A DNA stretch of 64,000 nt from Giardia intestinalis (Eukaryota): assembly GCA_000002435.2 (NCBI GenBank), contig CM018791.1, one strand, 5' to 3'. Shown one piece after another: positions 58,128-64,000 of this stretch (positions are counted from its first letter, which is position 1; every line of letters starts with the position of its first letter). Position numbers and translations under genes: made by a program. The notes beneath the pieces were generated by a model, which saw only the letters and a list, made by a program, of their open reading frames with translations, did no database searches and was not told the DNA's origin.

Positions 58128-61100
58128 ATGAGCACTGAGGATGATTACTCCGGAATAGATAAGGAGGAGTGCGAGAGCACTGGTGAGGGTGCAACAGCGG
58201 AAGATCCATCGCGCTCGCCTTCTGATTCGCCAAACTGTGAGAGCTCTCCCGAAGAGCCTGGTGCAAAAGAGCAGACAGTGCCGCTTCAATTTCCCAAGCT
58301 ACCCGTCAGTCCAAAGCAGGCCGCCAGGATTAAGCTCTATGGACGCGCACCCAATCCGTCTATGGTTTTGAATGGAGTAGAGTATGTGCTCCAGAGACGA
58401 CGCCGTCCCCGTTACCGAACTGACCTACTCCACGAGGATATGTTTGTTGTCGTCCGTATGCAAAGGTTGTGCGGACCTAAGGAGCACATTAATGCCATTG
58501 CTCGCGTTCCAGCTAGGCTCTCCGTCCCCATTCTAAACGAAAGCTTTGACATTGATGCATATCTTTCCTCCACTTGTGTAACCTTAGAGGTCTTTGACGT
58601 GCGGCGGCACTCCAGCGACAACACTGTCCTTGGACGTACGCTGCTCTATCCTCGTTCCGAGCAGACAACCTTCTATCTCAGCGATATTATTGGGTTTGCA
58701 GAGGTGTTCAGGCCCAGAGGTGCGGACTTAGTGGCTCATGGCATTATTCCAGGCTCTCAGGCTTGCTTGGAGCTAGCCTGCACAGAGGCCTGTCCCTCCA
58801 GAGTTGTTCCAGCCAAAATGTGGCGGCGTGCAAAGCTTTTTGTAGTGAAGGCCACTCTTGGCTTATCCAAGTTTCCACTTGCACCATTATTCTTGCTCAA
58901 TTCAGAACTCATGGAGAAGGCCTGTTCTGACAAAGTAGAGAACATGGAGGAGGTGCGGGGCTGGATGGACACTAGCCGTGCACGCCTTTTGTCGCTAGCA
59001 TCTCTGCCTCCGTTTCCTAACAGCAGTTTCGATATTAGTCAACGCGTTCTTTCGGCATCGCTAGCGGGTGCTGGTGCTATGTGTCAATTACTTGATAGCT
59101 TGTGGGAGCACTGCAACAGCCTCCCAGCAGTCCTCTCTGATCTTTCCATAGACGTCTTCTCTGCGTTGTTACGTGCCTTTCTTCACCACAACACTCCTAC
59201 CTGCGATGTTCTGGAACAGATGAAGACTATGTCTAATTGGTGCGCTATCTTTTCTTTTAAGCTCAAGAACATCGAGTCTACAAAAGTCTTGACGAAGTGG
59301 ATCGGGAGGACATTCATGAAGCAAATGTTCCCATACCTCATTGATTCTCAGAGTGTGACCGTTCCAACGTGGTCCCGCGCCTGTGCATTAGAGCCATCCA
59401 TATCCATAGAGCTACTTGATGCTATTTATCACCTTGAGGTTGAACTTTTCAAGAATCAGTCTGTCTGCTCTGAGCCAGACTACACGCCTCATCCAGCGAA
59501 CCACATGCAGGGATTTACTCAACTTCTAGATCCTGTCTTTAAGATCTGGCTTCAGTCATTTGATGATGCCGTGCATGCAGGGAATTATGGATACGCTTTC
59601 CTCATGGCCTCCAAAGGAAAAACTAACGACTCTAATTTATTTGCACCATTAGGCCTTATATCTTTGTCCAAGACGCTTGTATTTTCAAGCATTGACTTTG
59701 AGGTTACACAGAAGATGATTTTGCAAACACCTAGTGCGATATCCAAATACGTTACCACTGCCCCCATAGACTGGGTTATCCTTAGTGGAAATAGAGACAT
59801 GCTTACTGGATTCTTATCTACTTGCCTAGGAAATAGCGAGTCCTCTATTGATCTTGTCTACAAGACCTACGAATTTGCTTTGAATGGGGGCATTCGAACC
59901 CTTCGAGACGTTCCGCAGCAGCTGATGCCAACGTTGACTCTTCCTCATGCAATTGCTCTCATCATGGGCTCTATGGCTTTTGGGGACGCAGACCAGCTTC
60001 TAGCGCTGTTGAAATCCCTGCGTACATGTGTGTTTGAGCCTGCCACGGAAAACTGCAATCCCTTCCCACTTTTCAACATCACGAAGGCATTTATAGATAG
60101 ATTGCTTGTGCTAGATGATGGCGGCGCTTGTAGATTCTCTGTCCCAGTGTCTCTGCATGCAGTCCTTATGGAGCTTGTTAGTCCGTACATATACCCCCTC
60201 TTTTCAACCAGCGATCAAGTCAACTTATTATCGGCCATCATTGATAGTCAAATAGATCAAGACTTCATCGTAACGATGCTCACAACGCTTTCTTCTAGGG
60301 CGTCTGTCTTACACTGCAGCGAGTCACGATGTCTTTTGGAGCACGCTATCAAGAGAGGTAAGTTGCATGTTGCTGCTTGCCTATTGTACGATCTGTTCGT
60401 TGATCCAATTAAGCACATGGGCTCGTGGTTGGCGTCGCTAGGCTGCTATAGTGACGATGTCATCCTGCACTTTATAGATTCATTGCTGCTCAGAACTACG
60501 CTGACAGAGTGTGATTCCGCTATTACTGCAATTTACGAGAATACCTATGGCGCACTGATACGGCAGAAACGGTTTGACAGCTTGCGTGTTATTAACGCCC
60601 ATGTAAAAGACCTTATGTCATCAGACGCATTTCTCGGTTATAAGCGAGCGCGGTCTGTTGATGAGGACATTATTAAGCTCTATCTATTTGCAACCATGGC
60701 ACCATCTGGAAAGATACTGATTTCTGATAGAACAGTCGACGACATCCTAACCCTGGTGGATATTTTTGGGCCACAGTCCCTGGCCTCAGCTGATATGCTT
60801 TTCCAACTGGGCTCATTTGGACTGGACGAACTGCTTGAGGAATTGTTGGGCTCAGAGCTTGCCATGCCATCGGATCAGCTATCACGTGTCTTCGCGGACA
60901 TCATAAACAGAGTTACGTCTATCTTGCCAAGCCTTTTAACTATTTTCCTCAGATTCCTTGATTACGCGCTTTCTCCTCTGACAGACAAAGAGGTCAAGGA
61001 TGAGGTTACACGCCCGTTCCTTGACTTCCTTAACCATCCCAATATCATGGTTCTTTACCTTCTTGCCGTAGAAGACAGCGTCGCTCTCATACACGAACGC

Positions 61101-64000
61101 TTGGAAAAGCAGCTTCAATCTTCTGGACTATCATGGGATAAGATCGCCAACATGCTGGCCGGAGGGGATGTGGATCAGGTGAAAGGCAGCGGGCTTACCT
61201 ATCTAGGTATTGTGCAAAGTATCTTGACAAGCGCTCTATCGGAGTACAACACTAAGCTGGATCAGGCGCGGGGGTTTGCAAAGCTTGCATGCACACAGAT
61301 GACCAGCTCTAGCCTGAGGGCCATGGTAGGCCACCTGGAATTTCTTCTTCTCCAGCGTGCAGTGAAGAATGCCTTTATAAACGGTTCGGCAATATTTACT
61401 CTGAGCTTCATGTCTGCCCCCACTGTCCTTTCTAGTTCTCACTTTATTTGTCCATTTTCTATGACCGTACTTTCCACGCTAAATCTCTGCGTATCTGAAT
61501 GCGAACAGCTGACGTGTCTGGGAGCATATCCGGTGCATTTAGTTTCTAAAGAAATTCTGCAGCGAATTCTGCAGATAAAGGGCATACATGCTCTGCGCCA
61601 TCTACCTTTCAAGTCTGTTGCTTATGCTCCAGAAAATACGGATATTATGGATTTACCAATAGTCCAAAGCTATTACAGATTTCTTAATGCGCTAAATTCG
61701 GACGAGTCACGATCCACTGCTTCTTTGCCGATTGCTCCTAAGCAATCCGTTTCTGAACAGATTGACTCGTTGACGGATGCATATCTAGCTGCTAAGGTCG
61801 ATAAAGCCCACAAGGAGAAGGATGACTCTTCCCCCGTTATGTTTTCTGCCCAGTTCGTGGACGGCGACCTACTGTCAGCGCCAAAGAGAGAGTCTGTCTT
61901 TCGTGGGGATACCATTCTGCATACCATCTTCTCTCTCTTCGACTTCGGTTCTTTTGACAATATCTCAGAGTCTCTCGTGAGCACCTTCTCCGATACCCTA
62001 GCGAACATTATCGCAGAGCATCATAGTTCTCCATTTACCCAAATTAATGCTTCTTACAAGACGCCGCTTCAAATGATTAACATTAACTCTCTTGATCAGG
62101 CGTTGCTGGTCCTGGCTGTTGTCAAAAAGGTCGATCCGGCCCTGCTTGCTCCTCATGTGGACGCCTCGGCAGATTATCCATCCTTGGTCCATTACTTTTT
62201 GTTCAAGCTGATCACAAATTCTAGCGAGCATGTTCTATCTCAGATGCTTCCGCTGGTTCCTAAAGCTATCATGCGTGAATTCCTACTCGCTCCGTGCTAC
62301 TCGCTTTCTAATGCCATCTTATTAACAGCTCTTTTACGGCGAGGGGTAAGCGATGCAGATTTTCTCATAGGCGTTTACCAGCAGTACGGTTGCTTAAATG
62401 AAGCAGCAGTGATGCCCGACTGTGGCGGGTGGTGTGCAATAACCGTTGCGCTCCAGAATCCTGATATCCTAGAGGTACCCGGTGCGCTTTTTGAAGCGGC
62501 CATGAAGTCCCCCAAAGAGCTTCTAGTCAACAAATATGGACACACACCTTTGCACTGTCTGTTTTTTAATGGACGCCTTGTATCTCAAACACCGCATAAG
62601 GACAAGGAGCAATATGTGTATGGTTATCACGTGCTATCAGACACAAAGATAGATCCCGTTTTCAAGCTCTCAGTGGCCCAACAACTCACCGAGGCAAGCA
62701 CATCTAGTGATGCAATTTCCCAATTAGACAGATTTGGAATGACACCCCTCCATTATGCTGTCATTTCTTCAGCCTTTGTATGCATGGAATCTCTCTTGGG
62801 CAAATACAGTTCCATACAGCTGCTTGATAAGGCTGGCCTAGATAGGGACGTCACACCTCTGGAATTAGCGCTCGCGCGGAAATCGGAGCCAATGGTTCAG
62901 CTGCTGCTTCAGAAGGGTGCAAATCCGCTGCGGCGGACCTCTGTGACGTCGTTTTTGGGGGAGTCCCTTACTGTTTTTGCCCGTCTCATTCAAAACGGCT
63001 ATCTCAACCTAGCGTATACCGTCATCTATCAGCACGCATCAATGAAGAGCTTGTTGCTGAGCGAGGCCCTTCATGCTAACACTACAAACTCCAAGCCCGT
63101 TCTGCGAGCCCTTACAGATGGAGCAACTGAGGCATGTGTTGCGTATTTGGCGTTGTCTATTTCAGGGAGATCTGTAGACAAGCAGATAGTGAAGGCTATC
63201 ATGGACTTGTTGCAGGGCATCTACGTTGGAACAGGAAAGAAGTTCCACATGACAACCTGGCTAGGCTCCTTTGCTTTTTCGTCACCAAGTTATTGGTTTA
63301 GTGGGGATGATAGTCTATATAATTCGTTCGTCAAACTGGCAGCTGTAACAAACTTTGCGGAAACCAGCTTGGCATTTAATCTTCGCCTAATTACATCTAA
63401 TATCCCCGTTAAGCTGATTTGCAACGGTTTACGTGTGCGCCACTTGGTAAGCTCTTCAAAAGCGAGTAGCGACTTTGAAAACGATTCTGTCCTTATTGAG
63501 AAGGCGTCGCCCATTGAGCTCATGCTTCTCAAGTTGTACCACACCCCCTGCCAAAGCGTTTTTACCGAGAAGGAATTTCTTATGCTGCTCCAATTATACG
63601 TCTGTAAGAGCCTGCATATTTCTCCTCTCGTTTCACGGATTGTCCTTGACTTTCTCACTGCTACACAGGCAGGGACTCTCACGAGAGCAAACGTGCAGTT
63701 CTGCAGCCAGTTCTTCAAGTCTCTAAGTGCCATGCTTGTAGTCGACGAGTGCTTGGTTCCCAACTTGGCGGTGAAGACCCTCAGGACGCACGCTAAAGAG
63801 TTCATCGTGAAGCTATTGGGGACCGATGAGATTCTGACCAGGCTATTTACGGTCCTGACCCTACCTCCTCCTACGAAGGCGAATTCGGGCCCTTGCCAAT
63901 TGATTATGCTAGGACAATCAATGAATACTGATGGCCGCTTTATGGAGGACTATACACCCTGTTGCTTGGAAATTCTTAAGTGCTATGTTGCGACAAACTC
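58128..64000 (+). CDS. Very large hypothetical protein, with more than 1957 aa in the window and the 3' end beyond the window end. It is mostly helical, with ankyrin-like motifs near 62500-62900 (GHTPLHCLFFNG, GMTPLHYAVISS, VTPLELALARKSEPMVQLLLQKGANP).
   Basis: Manual translation from the ATG at 58128 runs to 64000 with no stop. The ORF track has no complete plus-strand ORF in this frame and no competing ORF above 171 aa across 6 kb, consistent with one long ORF that has no in-window stop. Confidence 0.65.
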   Translation, partial: MSTEDDYSGIDKEECESTGEGATAEDPSRSPSDSPNCESSPEEPGAKEQTVPLQFPKLPVSPKQAARIKLYGRAPNPSMVLNGVEYVLQRRRRPRYRTDLLHEDMFVVVRMQRLCGPKEHINAIARVPARLSVPILNESFDIDAYLSSTCVTLEVFDVRRHSSDNTVLGRTLLYPRSEQTTFYLSDIIGFAEVFRPRGADLVAHGIIPGSQACLELACTEACPSRVVPAKMWRRAKLFVVKATLGLSKFPLAPLFLLNSELMEKACSDKVENMEEVRGWMDTSRARLLSLASLPPFPNSSFDISQRVLSASLAGAGAMCQLLDSLWEHCNSLPAVLSDLSIDVFSALLRAFLHHNTPTCDVLEQMKTMSNWCAIFSFKLKNIESTKVLTKWIGRTFMKQMFPYLIDSQSVTVPTWSRACALEPSISIELLDAIYHLEVELFKNQSVCSEPDYTPHPANHMQGFTQLLDPVFKIWLQSFDDAVHAGNYGYAFLMASKGKTNDSNLFAPLGLISLSKTLVFSSIDFEVTQKMILQTPSAISKYVTTAPIDWVILSGNRDMLTGFLSTCLGNSESSIDLVYKTYEFALNGGIRTLRDVPQQLMPTLTLPHAIALIMGSMAFGDADQLLALLKSLRTCVFEPATENCNPFPLFNITKAFIDRLLVLDDGGACRFSVPVSLHAVLMELVSPYIYPLFSTSDQVNLLSAIIDSQIDQDFIVTMLTTLSSRASVLHCSESRCLLEHAIKRGKLHVAACLLYDLFVDPIKHMGSWLASLGCYSDDVILHFIDSLLLRTTLTECDSAITAIYENTYGALIRQKRFDSLRVINAHVKDLMSSDAFLGYKRARSVDEDIIKLYLFATMAPSGKILISDRTVDDILTLVDIFGPQSLASADMLFQLGSFGLDELLEELLGSELAMPSDQLSRVFADIINRVTSILPSLLTIFLRFLDYALSPLTDKEVKDEVTRPFLDFLNHPNIMVLYLLAVEDSVALIHERLEKQLQSSGLSWDKIANMLAGGDVDQVKGSGLTYLGIVQSILTSALSEYNTKLDQARGFAKLACTQMTSSSLRAMVGHLEFLLLQRAVKNAFINGSAIFTLSFMSAPTVLSSSHFICPFSMTVLSTLNLCVSECEQLTCLGAYPVHLVSKEILQRILQIKGIHALRHLPFKSVAYAPENTDIMDLPIVQSYYRFLNALNSDESRSTASLPIAPKQSVSEQIDSLTDAYLAAKVDKAHKEKDDSSPVMFSAQFVDGDLLSAPKRESVFRGDTILHTIFSLFDFGSFDNISESLVSTFSDTLANIIAEHHSSPFTQINASYKTPLQMININSLDQALLVLAVVKKVDPALLAPHVDASADYPSLVHYFLFKLITNSSEHVLSQMLPLVPKAIMREFLLAPCYSLSNAILLTALLRRGVSDADFLIGVYQQYGCLNEAAVMPDCGGWCAITVALQNPDILEVPGALFEAAMKSPKELLVNKYGHTPLHCLFFNGRLVSQTPHKDKEQYVYGYHVLSDTKIDPVFKLSVAQQLTEASTSSDAISQLDRFGMTPLHYAVISSAFVCMESLLGKYSSIQLLDKAGLDRDVTPLELALARKSEPMVQLLLQKGANPLRRTSVTSFLGESLTVFARLIQNGYLNLAYTVIYQHASMKSLLLSEALHANTTNSKPVLRALTDGATEACVAYLALSISGRSVDKQIVKAIMDLLQGIYVGTGKKFHMTTWLGSFAFSSPSYWFSGDDSLYNSFVKLAAVTNFAETSLAFNLRLITSNIPVKLICNGLRVRHLVSSSKASSDFENDSVLIEKASPIELMLLKLYHTPCQSVFTEKEFLMLLQLYVCKSLHISPLVSRIVLDFLTATQAGTLTRANVQFCSQFFKSLSAMLVVDECLVPNLAVKTLRTHAKEFIVKLLGTDEILTRLFTVLTLPPPTKANSGPCQLIMLGQSMNTDGRFMEDYTPCCLEILKCYVATN

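Noticed and set aside
1-64000. Checked for CRISPR arrays, telomeric TAGGG repeats and tandem satellite repeats.
   Set aside because: Nothing found beyond short homopolymers (an 11-nt T run at 22071) and codon-level repeats (GSGSGS at 7951-7980; the N-codon run at 14290-14340). This is a eukaryotic window, and no CRISPR-like spacing exists.

Overview
The window reads as a gene-dense, apparently intron-free protist segment, most likely Giardia intestinalis, though the organism is inferred and not verified. Supporting signs are about 49% GC and AT-rich 'ttaaaat'-type initiators directly before the ATGs. AGTRAAY-like motifs follow stop codons. There are several NEK-like kinases fused to 'TALM'-type ankyrin repeats (21.1-like), and CXXC-rich surface proteins.

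About 30 genes sit on both strands. Housekeeping genes recognised by motif are casein kinase I, V-ATPase subunit A, adenylate kinase, a Rad3/XPD-family helicase, MgsA/WRNIP1, PTH2, a TBP-like protein, an AGC kinase, a HECT E3 ligase, the PP2A catalytic subunit, and a p24/TMED protein. Two long ORFs run off the window edges and are missing from the ORF track. One is a VSP/HCMP-like cysteine-rich gene on the minus strand at 1..1558. The other is a protein of more than 1950 aa on the plus strand from 58128.

The main finding is a near-perfect inverted repeat of about 5.0 kb (37975-42969 and 48768-53763). It brackets a 5.8 kb unique segment that holds a 1693-aa high-cysteine membrane protein gene (43098..48179, -) with its own promoter. 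Each arm carries three things: an approximately 80% GC coding-like island of about 600 bp, a tRNA-Lys(CTT) gene, and a complete 808-aa NEK-like pseudokinase/ankyrin gene. The two NEK copies converge on the central gene. Each arm also has 1.8-2.4 kb of ORF-free DNA. The outer repeat boundary coincides exactly with an abrupt jump from about 48% to about 80% GC inside a 401-aa ORF. A second GC-rich island (2680-2990) lies behind a frameshifted NEK-like kinase gene.
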